A DNA stretch of 64,000 bases from positions 2,046,001 to 2,110,000 of the forward strand of contig JBHGNT010000017.1 in NCBI GenBank assembly GCA_043228905.1. The letters run 5' to 3'. Both the position numbers and the translations under genes were made by a program. Positions 24,127 to 37,914 of this stretch are shown in pieces. Below the pieces are notes generated by a model. It had not been told where the DNA came from and did not search any database. It saw only the letters and a list, made by a program, of their open reading frames with translations. Source of the DNA: Azolla caroliniana (Eukaryota; Plantae; Polypodiophyta). Positions within the stretch are counted from its first letter, which is position 1. Every line of letters starts with the position of its first letter.

Positions 24127-25115
24127 ATATTGTGCCCTATTATCTTAAAAGAACATCGAATTTCATATTGAATATTATGAATATATGTATATGCACATCC
24201 TTGGGAAATACATCAATCAATCACAATACAACTAAACATGATGCGACTTAAACCAAATTTCAATCTCAATCTAGAGGAACTTACAACCTACAAAACCATC
24301 TAAGACTTTGGGATCCACAAGAAGACCATCAAGGAACTTTATGGAGATTATAGTGATGTTTCTCCTCATCATTACATGAAGCAAAGTAATCATTGTCCTC
24401 TTCCTCCTCCTCAGCAACCTCCTCCTCCCCCATACCTCGTGACAAAAAAGACGCCCTATGCTCCTCTACAACGACCTTGTTGATACATAGCCCCTACACA
24501 AAACTGCAAACAGTAAATTAGCCACCAAATGTTTTTCATACATAAAAAAAAATATAGAAAGTCATAGTACCCACTTATATGTGCTTCATCACAATGCATG
24601 GGAATACCCACTGACTGTAGCTTCCAATGCACATGTTCAATACCATGTCTAAGGGCATCTTTGGATTCAGCTTCAGTGAGAAGTTTTCTCAACATGAGGA
24701 GCTAACATCAACAAGCTGGTTAAGAAGTTACATTGGCAAATTCTCCATCATTCCAACCTATTTCTTTCAAAGCAGCTCTCCCAAACCACTCAATGTATGT
24801 GATGTCCCTTCTTCTCTAATTGAATAGCCTGACTCTGTTATCAAGTTTTGTATCAACCCAGATTTTAAATATATAAATTCAATCTTTTTTTTAAACATTT
24901 TGGAGGACATCAATCCACCTGCCTCTTTCCTTTAGCAATATACATACAAAGGTGAGACCGCTGGTGACGAAGGTGCTCCATGTAAACATGAGGAAAGCCC
25001 TTCCTGAATTTGAAGACATGTTGCAGCTTCATATGGATACATTTTTGTTAGAGATGACTAGCCGTTATATATGTCAGGGAAAATGATTGTCCTGAATACA
25101 TCTGTAGGCATTTTG

Positions 25116-27356
25116 CTATTTTCCACACCCACTTTTGATCCTGAAAGCCTCTGCTTCTACGCCTGCAGCTGCATAAATATTACTCATGCAAACAATTGCA
25201 GCTGTGTTGTTCTTATCAAAATCTATGGAATGGTCAAAGGCCCATCTTCCTAGCTTCACATTAGAAAATTTCTGGCAAGCACGCAATAGAGCTAGCCAAA
25301 GTGGAAGAGTATCTGAATATTGTACCCTTTCAATTACAACTATTGCCTTCTCAAAGTTCCCTGCACTGCTGAAAAGATCGACCAAGCAAGCATTATGTTC
25401 TAAAGTTGGGATCAAATGGTAAATAGTTCTCATAACATTAAAGTACATTTCTCCCTCATCTACAAGACCCGCATGAATGCATACAGTCAACAGGACTGTG
25501 AACGTGACTAGATCTGGCACTTTATCTTCTGCTATCATTTTGTGACACGAGAAGATAACACTTTTAACCTTACCAAGTTGTGCATATCCTGTGATGAGTG
25601 CATTCCAGGAGACTACATCTTGTATTGGAAGAGCATCAAAGATTTCTTGTGCTTTTAGAAGCATCCCACATTTTGCATACATGTCCACCAATGCATTGCC
25701 AAGTGCAACATCTTCTTTCAATAGATCCTGCCTGATAATATCAGCATGAATCTTCTCTCCCTTCCCAACTGCTCCTATTTCGCCACAAGCATTCAAAATA
25801 GAAGAAAGAGTGATTGCATCTGGCAAAAGGCCTTCATCTTGCATCCTATCAAAGCAATTAATGGCTTCATCACCAAGCCCTTGCTGCACATATCCAGTTA
25901 TCAAAGCCGTCCAACATACCGCATCTCGCACTGGAAGCTTATCAAAGACTTCTTGAGCCTTTGAAAGAACACCACATTTGGCATACATGTCCACCAGAGC
26001 TGTGCCAAGTACGATATCATTTTCTAATAGCCCCTGCTTGATTATATCATAATGTATCTCTTGTCCCTTCTCAGCTGATCCTATGCTGCTGCATGCTTTT
26101 AAAGCACATACAAATGTTATTGCATTTGGGGAGAGTCCCTCACCTTGCATCTCTTTAAAGCAGTCAAGAGCTTGACTGCCGAAACCATGTTGAACATATC
26201 CAGAAATTAAAGCAGTCCAAGTGATGACATTTCGAACTGGAAGCTCGTCAAAGGCTTTGTGTGCTTTTGCAAGGGCGCCACGCTTGGCATACATATCCAC
26301 CAATGCACAGCAAAGAATGGTATTTCCTTCTAGCAATCCCTGTTTTTTAATCTCCCTGTGTATCTCGTCTACATTCACAGATGACCGTATATTGCTACAC
26401 GCTTTCAAAAGGCAACCAAAGGTAACAGCATCTGGGGAGAAGCCTTCATTGCACATTCTGTCATAACAGCTCATAGCTTCATTCCCAAGTCCATGTTGTG
26501 CATATCCAGCAATTAATATAGTCCAAGACACGGTATTCCTATGTAGAAGCATATCAAATACTCCTTTGGCTTTTGAAAATCTACCACATTTAAGATACAT
26601 ATCCACTAACGCATTCCCAATGAGTATATCTTTCCCTAGTAAACCTCTCTTGATGATCTCTGCATGAACTTTTTCTCCCTTCGGAACTGATCCTATGCGG
26701 CCACAAGCTTTTAGAATGCAAGTAAATGTGATTGCATTCGGGGACACACCCTCATCTTGCATCTGCTCAAAACATGTAAATGCGGCATCTACTAGTCCAT
26801 GCTGGACATATCCAGATATCAAAGCATTCCATGCTACAACATTTCGAATCAAAATCTGATCAAACACTTCCTTTGCTGTTATGAGCTTGCCACACCTAGC
26901 ATACATACTAATCAAGGCAGTGCTGGCATAGACATCCTTTTGGAGCAACCCTTTTTTATGGAGGTTAGCATGTACATTGATACCTCTATGAAGGTTCTTC
27001 TGTTTCCCACAAGATTTGATCAAGCTTAAAAGCTTCGAATGATCCTCAAAATTCTTCTCCTTTTCTGTAACGAGTGAATCGGAGAATTCTAATCCACGTC
27101 TCGCCAGCTCCATTTGCACCCAGGGAGGCTTATCATGAACGCCGTTGATCCATGATTTGCTCTGTGATCGTATAAGACAGTTATTTGGCAACGATGAAGA
27201 AACTACGCATATACACACAATCATACATACATATGGGATGCTAACTGTCAATGAGAAAAATGCGTGGCTTTTTACCTTATTGCTTGGATTGTCGCAGCCG
27301 TAGTCGTGAGGATCCATGAAGAACTCTTTCCAGACCAAATCCATCACGCTTTCCAT
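25116..27356 (-). CDS. PLS-class PPR protein with E-type extension and no DYW domain (tandem paralog)
   Basis: Same triplet architecture as the 20163-22205 gene, ending ...AAIVCMSNIYAAAG. A probable in-frame intron lies near 27275-27163 (AAG|GTAAAA ... TCACAG). Confidence 0.92.
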   Translation of the reverse strand: MESVMDLVWKEFFMDPHDYGCDNPSNKVKSHAFFSLTVSIPYVCMIVCICVVSSSLPNNCLIRSQSKSWINGVHDKPPWVQMELARRGLEFSDSLVTEKEKNFEDHSKLLSLIKSCGKQKNLHRGINVHANLHKKGLLQKDVYASTALISMYARCGKLITAKEVFDQILIRNVVAWNALISGYVQHGLVDAAFTCFEQMQDEGVSPNAITFTCILKACGRIGSVPKGEKVHAEIIKRGLLGKDILIGNALVDMYLKCGRFSKAKGVFDMLLHRNTVSWTILIAGYAQHGLGNEAMSCYDRMCNEGFSPDAVTFGCLLKACSNIRSSVNVDEIHREIKKQGLLEGNTILCCALVDMYAKRGALAKAHKAFDELPVRNVITWTALISGYVQHGFGSQALDCFKEMQGEGLSPNAITFVCALKACSSIGSAEKGQEIHYDIIKQGLLENDIVLGTALVDMYAKCGVLSKAQEVFDKLPVRDAVCWTALITGYVQQGLGDEAINCFDRMQDEGLLPDAITLSSILNACGEIGAVGKGEKIHADIIRQDLLKEDVALGNALVDMYAKCGMLLKAQEIFDALPIQDVVSWNALITGYAQLGKVKSVIFSCHKMIAEDKVPDLVTFTVLLTVCIHAGLVDEGEMYFNVMRTIYHLIPTLEHNACLVDLFSSAGNFEKAIVVIERVQYSDTLPLWLALLRACQKFSNVKLGRWAFDHSIDFDKNNTAAIVCMSNIYAAAGVEAEAFRIKSGCGK

Positions 27357-29059
27357 CTCTGTCTCTAGCTCTGCTCAATACGAAGAACAGCATAGTGAAC
27401 AGAACCAAAATATGGACTAGTAGTTGTTATTGTAGTTGTAGGTATTGCAAGGTCTATCTGGTTAATTTTATGAACACAAAAATTGTATGTATTTTATGAT
27501 GCTATTAATACTATGAAGCACATATTATTGTTGTTCATAGTCGTTATAATTATTATGTGTTGTTAGATTCACTTGTGTAGCACATGCCGGCGCTTTGCCC
27601 CCCCCCCCCCCCCCCCCCCTTCCCGATATTGCTCATGCAGCCAATCTTGTTTCGAGTTTGCGAAATGCACCCCAGAGGACGTGAACAAAACAAGCATGCA
27701 CGCACACTCACAACATATGCTCGTGTGCTCCTCCCCGACTTCTAATGTACCATCAACTTTTCCATGTCGGTTTCCACATGTTGGATCGTTAACTTCACAC
27801 CTGTATAATATCCTAGATACAATGCGAACATCACTCCCTTTTTCATCAATTCCCCCGCTTCGATCAATGTTTCCATTCTCGATAATAGATCCACATGCCA
27901 TGTTTGCCAACATGTGTTTTCTTCCTAAGTTGTTGATGACTCATTGGCATCCTTCCATTTCACACAGAACTTATGTTTACAACATTGTATTATGTGTCTT
28001 TTTCTTCATGTACATCTAGTAGACGTTTTGTAACAAATGAATTTGAACAATGTGGGCTGAATATGGATTCCTATAGAAAGGTATAAGTAAAGTTTATGTA
28101 TTTTGTAAATTAATGTTGATCATGTATAGGATAATTCATTATTGATCTTGTGACTCGCTAATCACCTAGCAAGAACATTCTACCACCTCCTTTGACATTC
28201 CGAACCTTGTATCTTATTTTGCTTTACAACATTCCATAATGTTCTTCAAAAATTCACAAAAGCATGTGATTTATGGCACCTATCCTCCTAAAGCATTGTC
28301 AGTGAGAGATTAACCTTGCATGATGCAAAGTTACTAGATTTTCCCTCGGTCTCTCATGGATTCAAAGACCACATTGACTTAGATTTCTTTATTTCCTTCG
28401 ATCTCAAAAAGCAACGATAGTGTTGGACCGGTGGTTGATGTCCTTTTATGGACGGTGCATTCATTGTGAGTTTCTAGTATGGATACGTAGTGTGCAACAC
28501 ATAGTTGGTAGTGTACAAGTATATCGACTTTATGACTATGTTTCGCAATATTGTGTAACCTATATGTTTCTAAGAAAGTGCCACTTGTTCTCATCTAATT
28601 CAAATAATATTCCTAACAACATCAAATAGCATGCACCTTGTAGTATTTCACAGGTTTTTGGAGTTTGTGGCAAATATTCTCTTGAGCATTCATTCAAAGG
28701 GGAGTAAATATTTGCTTGGGATATTAACCCATGGATAAACACTATAGTTTGTAATGGGCAGTTTTTAAAGATTAATATTGGTTGCTAAACTCATTGGCAT
28801 ACAAATTGTACATAAACACAACAAAGCTTGTGAAAGAGAGTGGTATTAAAGTAGATGCATAAAAAATTATACTTAAAATGTTCAACATTCATGGATGGGA
28901 TAGACAAGCAAAGTAAGACTATAATCCACATACACAATGGTTGGACGGTGAAGCCTACTCCAAAAGAATATTCTAATCGTGTTATGATGAAGAATGCAGA
29001 AATGACAACATATGTTCATCGGTCAAATAATTATTAAGAATATTGCATGGAACTATAAG

Positions 29060-29410
29060 TTACGAAGGATCATCACGAGCTAGCAAAAGTGTTGACAATC
29101 GAAACAATTAGCATATGTCATCATTGTTCGCTCCAATAATTTGAATTATGAGATGTGTTAATAATAGAACTATCATCAGGATTAGCAAGGTAGTTAACAT
29201 GCATTTAGTGCTAGTGATTACAAAAAACTAATGTACAAAGGATCATCACGAGCTGACAAAAGCGTCTGCAATTGAAACAATTAGCACATGTCATCAATGT
29301 TAAATCCAATAATTAGTATTACGAGTCCACGAGTTGTGTTAATCATACAATAATCAGCAGTACTAGAAAGGTAGTTAACACACATTTAGTGCTAGTGATG
29401 ACAAAAACCT
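29060..29410. repeat. Two-copy diverged direct repeat, about 172 bp
   Basis: aaggatcatcacgagct...gaaacaattagca...aaggtagttaaca..catttagtgctagtgat occurs twice. Confidence 0.8.
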
Positions 29411-29660
29411 AGCGTAATTAGCATCAAGATTAGTGCTAATTACACCGGGATTGTGTTGCTTCAGTTGAGATATTTCATACCCGAAGAAACACATATGTAT
29501 GTATGTACATACGTATACTTTCAAGCTCTGCACGCATATTATATGAAAACAGATCGCACTTAGGGTTCGACGGATCTCTCTGTACAGAGATTGACGAACA
29601 AGGCAAGGAAGGATTCTCTGACAGAGAGGAGTAGCGTGTTGCATTCGAGAGAGAGAGAGG

Positions 29661-29698
<38 letters not shown>

Positions 29699-29710
29699 GA
29701 TAGAGAAGTA

Positions 29711-32700
29711 ATGGATTGGGGGAGCGTTACGCTAGAGGAGCTCGTATATGGGTTGCAGGAGGTTGATTGGACCTCTCCGCCTCGCCCCGTCTCTGAATGC
29801 TTCGCCAAGTTCTCTCTTCCCCAGTCCATCTCCACCTGGGAAAGCAGAAGCAAATGTAACCTCTACTAGTAAGTGCCATATCTCTCAATCCAATCGTCTC
29901 GTCCTTATTTATTAGCGTTTAGCAAAAGATCCCCATTTCGTTTTCTCACATTCTGCCTCTGTTCGCTGTTTCAGTTACAGGACGAACTACTTTATTCTGC
30001 TTGCTGCAATTCTCGGTATTTTTATGACTAGATCTGCTCCGCTACACATACTCGTGTTAAGTTTCTTATTATTTTTGTATTTGTTATTTTATGTTTGAAA
30101 TGCAGAGATCGCCTTTCTGCGTAACCCTTTGGCTCTAGTTTCTGTGATCATGACTGCACTGTGCTTAGCCCTTCTCAATGACAGGTAACATTCTGGGTTT
30201 GTGCAGTTTTTTTACTCTCTGGTCTGTGGCCTGTGATCAAGCACAAACAAATTTATTTTACAGATTACTCTTTCTTTTCGCGTAGAACATAGGGATACTA
30301 TTAATCTAAGATCCTGAAAGGCAAAATTAATGGGTCGGTTCCACTATATGCAGGATTTTAGGGCATTTGTGATTATAGCATTGTTAGATATTTGAATACG
30401 TTCTCTGTAGGTTTGCATTTCTTACCTGTTGTAACCTTTGATTCCATAAATTATAGGGACCATACTAGAACTAGGCAGAAAATTATATCTACTGGAAAAA
30501 ACCTTGCTGGATTCTATTATCTGCTTCATTAGATGTTCTGCTATGAGATAAATTGACTCTAAATCCACTGAAAGGTCTCAAAACATCATGACCATAGTGA
30601 AAAAGTTCCTTGACGTGTATCAGAATAATGCTATGAGATTAAATGTTTTGAATTTTGTGTTCCATTGTGGTTATTTTTTAAAGTTATGGAAATATGAGGT
30701 GAAAAGTCACAAAAAATGGTAACATTTACAAAATACCATATGAGCAATGTAGTGCATGAAAGTATTCATAGGATATCTGAAAGTTAGGCAATATGGTTCT
30801 TGAAAGCATTCACATAATATCTGAGTTGTACAGTCCTAAGAAATCCATAATTCTGGTGATATGAGAAAATGATTGATCTTTTCCATGCAAAAATAATTAG
30901 CTGTGGTGAAATTCCCATGGCACATGTTAGTCATTCAAGGAACATTGAAAATCTAAATGTTTGTATCCATTGGGGACATTCTCTTGGTGTTGAAACTAGG
31001 ATCCTCTTAGGGATATCCTTGTGAGGGAAGCCTTGGGGACACAACAAACTGCACGAAGTCTGTAAATATTACAAAGACAATAGAGATTACTTTCTTTGAG
31101 ACTTATGCATTTATAACATATTATTTTATGAGTTAGTTTTTTTTCCAAAACAATCATGAGCTAGTGTTACTTCCCTCTGATTGAAGACTAGCATTGGTAA
31201 TATGAGAAGTAAGAAAATTTGGATGATGGTTGATTGAATTCGTAGATCCCATCCCTTTCCTCTGTTTGATGTCATATGAACAAAAATTGTCTCTTTTCAT
31301 GCATGCTGTTCTTCAACTTTACTGAGTTACGCATCATGAAAGAATTAGTGAATGAAAAGCTAAGATAATCTTAGAAAATAGAATGAATAAAGAAGGCAAA
31401 ATATAGACAGGCTGGCAACAGAAGAAGTGATTAAGGGTGCAAGATTGATATGACGAGAGAGATAAGTCTCAACTAAGATGTTTTGCCATGTGCTTCCTTT
31501 ATGTTACATTTATCCAATGCCTTTGCAACTTTAGGAGCAGAATGTAGCAACCTTCTTGCAACTAACTTCCTTTTCACATGAGTTTTGTGTTAGAAAAAAG
31601 GAGTTTCCCATACACATACAAGACATTTCTTCACTTTTACATCAATAAAGATATATATATATATATATAAGATTCATTTTGGGAAAATGATAGGGAGGAG
31701 AGATGAGAGGGAGATTGAAAAATCTAAAGGTAAGCATTACTATACAATTTAACGATATTTCCTCTGCATGGCAATCTTGGATTTACCACTTAATGATTCT
31801 CCATGCTGAACTGGCATTAATTATGCTGTTCCCACGTATTCCAACTTCCCCTAGGATTGTCATCCTCATGGGTTTGGGAAACATCAGCTTCTGCTTTCAC
31901 AAGGTTCGTCATCACGCACAGCTAACCCTCTAGCTTACTGATATACACAATGTCTTTTGGAGGAGCCCTCTTGATCTTCTACCCGACGTTAGTAGATTCT
32001 GTTGGGTATTTCTCTAAGTGGAAATATGAAGCTTTTGAAAATATCTGCTTATTGATAGCATTGATTGCAGCTGAAAAAAACTCTGTAATGATAGAATGGG
32101 CTATTTCAACACTCATTAATTTGATTACTTTTTAATTTCTGAAGGCATCCGATGATAGCTTACCTGCCATATATTTCAACCTCAAAATGATGGAACAAAA
32201 TGAAAGAATGACATGTTTCTTTAAATGGTTCATGCGATGCTTTCACAGGCCTTGTTTCACTGGTGTATTTGGAATAATGTTTATTGAGAGTTTTGTGCAT
32301 TCAATATCATGCTCCAGCTGCAGCCCACAAAATTCAACACGTTAAAAGCTGAAGACTGCGAGAAAACCTTTAGTTTTCCGTTTTCATGAATTGAGGTGTC
32401 TCCATATCTCTACAGTCCAAAGAAGCATTGGGAGAAGCTAGATCCAAACTCTCAAAAGTTAATCTTTATCTACCATTAGACAAAATAAGAATCTGCCCAT
32501 TCAAAATTTCGATTCTTGACTCCATTGTGGTAACTTGAGATGTGTTTTTTGAACCTTCTCTAATACTGTTAATGTGCCTGGCTTCTCAACTTGGAAGTAA
32601 TATGGGCATCCTCTGTGTCTAGTGCTGAGGCAGACTGATTGAGATTTTATACACAAGGAGAAATTTGACAGATTATAGGTTGCACCCTCAATATAAATGA

Positions 32701-35700
32701 AGCATGAGAATGCATCCAACCTGGGCTCTACTAGAACCCAACGAGAGTCACAAGTGTGATGCTAGCAGGCCCAGCTGCCTTCATCTTTGGCAAGAGAGGA
32801 AAATCAATCTCGAATTGATATCATATACATAGTGCCCTCTATCTACAATCCAACCACCACCTTGTGTGAGTATAGAATTTGGAGTATAGAGCATGATTTG
32901 GTAGCAACCATTAGAATTTGGAGTATAGAGCATGATTTGGTAGCAGTGTCTCATTGGAAGTGATGGGGGCATTTTTGCACGAAACAGTGTTTTATAATGA
33001 AATGAAACTACAAAACAGAAATCACTATTTCTTGTAATGCAAATGTGCAGTTATTATTGATTTATTACCAATGTTTTTATTAACACTTTTCTACTTTTCA
33101 ACTTCTACCTCGTTTTACCTTTCTCTTTTTCGTTATGTCTCTCCCTCAGTTTTTATTGCTTGAGACTCATTGTTCCACTCTTACAGCGTCAGTTTATAAT
33201 ATACATAGTATTCTCTCTCCTCCACTGTCTTCTCCACACTCATTCCTCCTATCTCATCTCTCCTTATTTGCATTCTGAAACTTGATTTAGGGCAATTGTT
33301 AACTATATTTATTTATTGTAATATGTAATTGGCTAGTTTAAATTTGGCGAGACAATAATAAATTGTTTAATGTAAATGTTATATTATATAAAAAATATTA
33401 AAATTTTAATTCTAAAATTCTAGGTTCTGTGTCATTGTTTCTAAATGAACGCAAACCGGTCTATTTTTCTGTTTTAAAAATGGTGGGCAAGCATAGATTT
33501 AGGTGATGGCTAAAGTGGCAGAGGTTGATAGGGTCTATGGAATAACCGTCATCAACAGTCTTTTTCTTCAAGCCTTCAGACTTATAGTGCCAGTAGTTGG
33601 TGTTAGGTTTCTGTGTGAAAAGGGGATGAGCTTCAAGTTTCATTAAACAAAATAGTATTCTTCCAAGAAGGGGGCACAGGTTAATATGTAGTGATTAGCT
33701 GTGCTCTATTCTGGAATTTTAAACATTATAATAGCCATTCCCAGGAGTCAAATTTCCACTGATCATGATTATGTTCAATAGTTCTTGCATTTTTTGAACT
33801 TCGCCAATGATGGAGTTGTATTGCGAGTACTGAATGGTTGGTTCAGAGTTCTTAATCCAACGTGATGACTTAGAAATAGGATCTCTCTTTGTACAGGTCA
33901 CTGCCTTGATTACATAAGCCATTAGCTTGTCATTGGAGGAGGTGTCAGGAATGTTGAAGAGGAAACCAAGACATACTGAAACTGGTAGTGGATGGAACTG
34001 GCCAAAAGAACTTCTAGTGGGTGATAAAGCCCTGATCTAACCACTAATAATTTTCCTTGATTTCACCATTGGATTAGTTTATAAATGAAGAAAGATCTAC
34101 TTAAGGTTTTGGATTACCATGACCTAATTTCGGATCCAGGAAGGTAGGTTTTCCTGAACAAAGAGTTTGACACCTTGGTTCCTCTTTTAGTATTTCTTTT
34201 GTTTGATAATTAATAGAAGATAAAAAGGTAGAGCCTAAATCTTAGAAATATAGCCAACATTTTTAGTCTATTTCAGTGCTAAATCACAGATATGATGCTT
34301 CAAATTTTGCTACTCCTGATAAAATAAAATAAAAATAAAAATAGTTATTTAATAACTTCATAAAAGAGAACAAAAATAACACCTCCTAGTGAACGGTCGA
34401 GGGTCAAAAAACTTGCACTCTAATATTATAAAAGAATCAGTTGATGAAAAGGTAAAATAATCAAGTAGCACAAATATAGACAAGCCAAAAAATTTCTGCA
34501 GCAGAAAAAGCGAGTTTGTTCATAGTTCAGTCTATTCGAATAAATTGATTATGGAAGTAGTTTGGTTCATTTCAATTAGAAACCAATTTTGCTTTCCACT
34601 ATATTCTGTTCCCTGTTTATTTGTAACTTTCTTGAATTGATGTTTTGTTAAATGAGCTCTGTAGTCTGATGGACATTGTGTTACAGTTCGTCCTTGTCAC
34701 CGTTTTCAGCCATCCTACTATCTTCACTCTGGTTTCTGGTATCGTAGTATCCTTGTGATATTTAAGATAAATGCTATTTAATAAAGATCTTCAATCCTTG
34801 TCATTGCTAGAGACCATAGTTACTATAGACTGTATGACAAGTGGATATCCTTTAACAATAACTGAGACATTACAGCCCTACCTCTGTTGGACCCATATTT
34901 GGAGCTTTTGTTCATATAAGAGGTACATCAAAGTTCCCTCATGGCTAAGTCAGCTAAGTACCCAATTTTTTATTGGAGAAGTAATATGATCAGTTTTAGA
35001 TAAAGGAGACCTTTGTGAGTTCTGAAAACTTATAAGGTTTACCCAAGCATGCTGCTTCTCATAAGTTGCTACATAGGCAATGGAAAGGATGAGGTTTATC
35101 TGAAATTATCTGGATTCTGGAAAACATTTGTAAAAATAAAAATTTCTGGGAGCAAAGATCGGAGTGGGTTTACCGCATATCGTATACACAAAGCTAGAGA
35201 GCATTGCCCAGAGACGGAACAAAAGATCACACCAAACAAGATAACAGAAGTTGAGATGACCCATGTAAGTTACAACACGAACAAGGTTTAACCAGCACTC
35301 TGACCACTGAAAACACAATTCAGAAAATGAGAAAAATGTCTGGAGAGATGGAAGACTTCATTGAAACCATAGTTGCTAACTGCTGGAATTGTTAGGTCCC
35401 AGCAATGGGAAGAGGTAGAAAAATGGAAAAGGTTGCCCATTTTTAAGGATATACTAATATATACACAAAAGGCATACATGCAAATTGCACATTACCTTAT
35501 AACAACTTTTAACATAGGTTACAAAATGTCAACAAAATAGAAGGCAGAATTGAAACAGGAAATGAAATTAGAGGGAAGGAGTAGAAAATCAGGCTGTTTC
35601 TCAGAAGAAGAAAATTAGAAAACCAGGAACTCAGCCACCTGTGGATTCATGGGCAAGGGTTTTGAAGGTTAGGAAGGGAGGGAAGAGAAAGGAAAGGAAA

Positions 35701-36650
35701 GGAAGAAACAGAGTGAACCATTCCACGAGCTAAGTTGCTGAAAAGGATGAAATTTTTTCTCTGTAATTTGTACATAGTTTATCGAAGTTATTTTGTACGT
35801 GTTTCTTATTTTCTTTCTGTGGTCTTAGATATCTTTAGTAAAATAAGACCTGATGGTCGAATTCTGTACATTGTAGGACACATATTTTATGATTACAAAG
35901 TGACCATTCCCACATACTCAAAAGATTCGTGAAAGGTTTTGTACTTTTAGGATGTTTCTGTTAAATGATTTGAGATAATGATTGCACAAAGATTTGAGAT
36001 ACTGCACTTCTACAGTTTTGCGGTTACTATTAACCAGAAGCTAATGCGAGCTGTAAGACGCTTATCACCCCATCTTGCTGCGAAGATGCGACCACCCACA
36101 ATGTAAGGTTAATCTAATTTCTTATAATGAGACACTATAAAATGGATTGCATTTCTTATGACTTCGAGTGTTAATCAGGCCAGTGATTCGAGGGAGACCT
36201 GCTTCTAAAAGGGTTATGTACATCTGTGGACAGCATCGGAATCTGGTGGTGGCCATCCTGGCCATAGGTTTGTTAATTGTGGTGATTTATTGAAGCCATC
36301 TGGGTCTTGATTACTGAATGACTTTTAAAGTATATTTTTGCTGCAGTTACATGCTGGATGTGGTATCTTACATCTGCTATTCTGACTGTCTTTGGAGCTC
36401 TTGCAATTGCGTTGGCATGTAAGTTGAAACTATTCCATGTGAGCCTTGATAAATTACAGAGGAACAAATAGTAGATAATATATTGTTCAAAAATATTTTG
36501 TACCCTTTTGTCTCAATACTTCTTTCATCTCTTTACATGCAAACAGGCATTATTCTACATGCAAGCCTGAGGACTCCTAACTTGAAAGCAAGATTAAACA
36601 CATTCAGAGAAGAATTCCGGGCAGTTTGGAAACGCTATGGAGAATTTTAA
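29711..36650 (+). CDS. PRA1.A: PRA1 family (prenylated Rab acceptor) protein, clade A, 209 aa. Exons 29711-29868, 29975-30015, 30106-30184, 36016-36102, 36179-36267, 36347-36418, 36547-36650
   Basis: The spliced product reads MDWGSVT...EVDWTSPPRP...KCNLYYYRTNYF...LLNDSFA...SPHLAAKMRPP...RGRP...LHASLRTPNLKARLNTFREEFRAVW. All introns are GT-AG and the exons sum to 630 nt. Confidence 0.93.
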
Positions 36651-37914
36651 TTTATCATTTGGATCCACAGGTTTTCTGATTCTTTTTGTGACAATTCATT
36701 TTCTAGTCTGGTTGCAGCAGCTTCCTTTGTAAATTGATCTTGATAGCCATAGGCTCTCTGAGCATAAATAACTTTATTTTGTTACCATGTATCATATTTG
36801 CAACAAAATCCTAAATCGAAACAATGGGGAAGACATTCTTGTGTGCTTTCTGTGGGATAAATGGGAAGGCAATATAAATGGCAAACAAATGTATGAAATT
36901 TAGATTGAAAGTTAGCTTGTTAATGTTTCTTATATATACAAAGGGAGCTTATAATTAACATTTGAATAGAGAAGCGTTTGTTTTTGTTTCTGTTGAATTA
37001 AAATTTCAATCATTTAGAGCTTTTACCTCCATTCTTATAAATGATCTACTTCAGCAAGAGACAGTTTACTGATCTATGCCTGGACATAGATGATATGCTT
37101 AAATCAAGATAATATTGGTTTCAATTGAGGATGTGTCAGAGATTGGTGTTGAATTAGATGGTCCTTCCAAGAGAATGCCTTCTCTATGTATAGTTACCAC
37201 TCAGTGGTCATGGATGCCACTTCGCTGTCATTGATAGTAATCAGTGTCACAATAACTATAGGGAAGATATTATACTACATGAATATGTAAAATACACTAA
37301 ATATGATACATGAAGATGTCAAATACTACCAGCACTGCCCATTGCTTGTTTGAGTTGTGCATTATTTACATTTTCTGGGTATGACCATTACAAGCGGCAT
37401 TAGTGGCCCAAGCAGAGAATAAGGTTTGACTGTGAAATCTAGTTCACTTTACCGTGTGAATCGCAACAGGTGGTCTTAGAACAATGTATGGGCCCTTCCC
37501 AACCAAACACAATATTTTCCATGTGCACATCCATCATATATCCCATCCCCTTGTGATATGCATAATCTGTTCCTACAACCATCCATTGGATCCCACCCTC
37601 AGTAATTTACTTTCCCATTCGTGGCTAATTCATCCATAGTCATCTAATCCCCCAGTAATTAGGTAATAGTTCTATTTAGAATGCGTACTCTGCCTGGTTA
37701 GCTCAGCTGCATCCTATCTCATGCATGACTATAATTCTGATCCGACAAAATGTAAGGTTTCTACTTGATTCATCCGCATCCTAGAAATTGCAACTGTAAG
37801 CTTACCATTTCTTCATGCAAGAAATCACATTTTCCCTTCCATACACTTGAATTAGTTACCATCCTTAGATAGAAGATCACATTTTCTCTTCCAGGAGGAA
37901 GATTTTGGGTGGTT

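Noticed and set aside
20704-27029. Plus-strand ORFs antisense to the PPR genes
   Set aside because: Shadow frames of PPR repeats.
35906-35945. USE-like TCCCACATAC in the PRA1 intron (also an ATCCCACAT on the minus strand at about 62760)
   Set aside because: No TATA box at 22 nt or about 33 nt downstream, and no recognisable RNA gene follows.
30185-36015. Nested gene in the 5.8-kb PRA1 intron
   Set aside because: Only short motif-less ORFs and AT-rich repeat fragments were seen.
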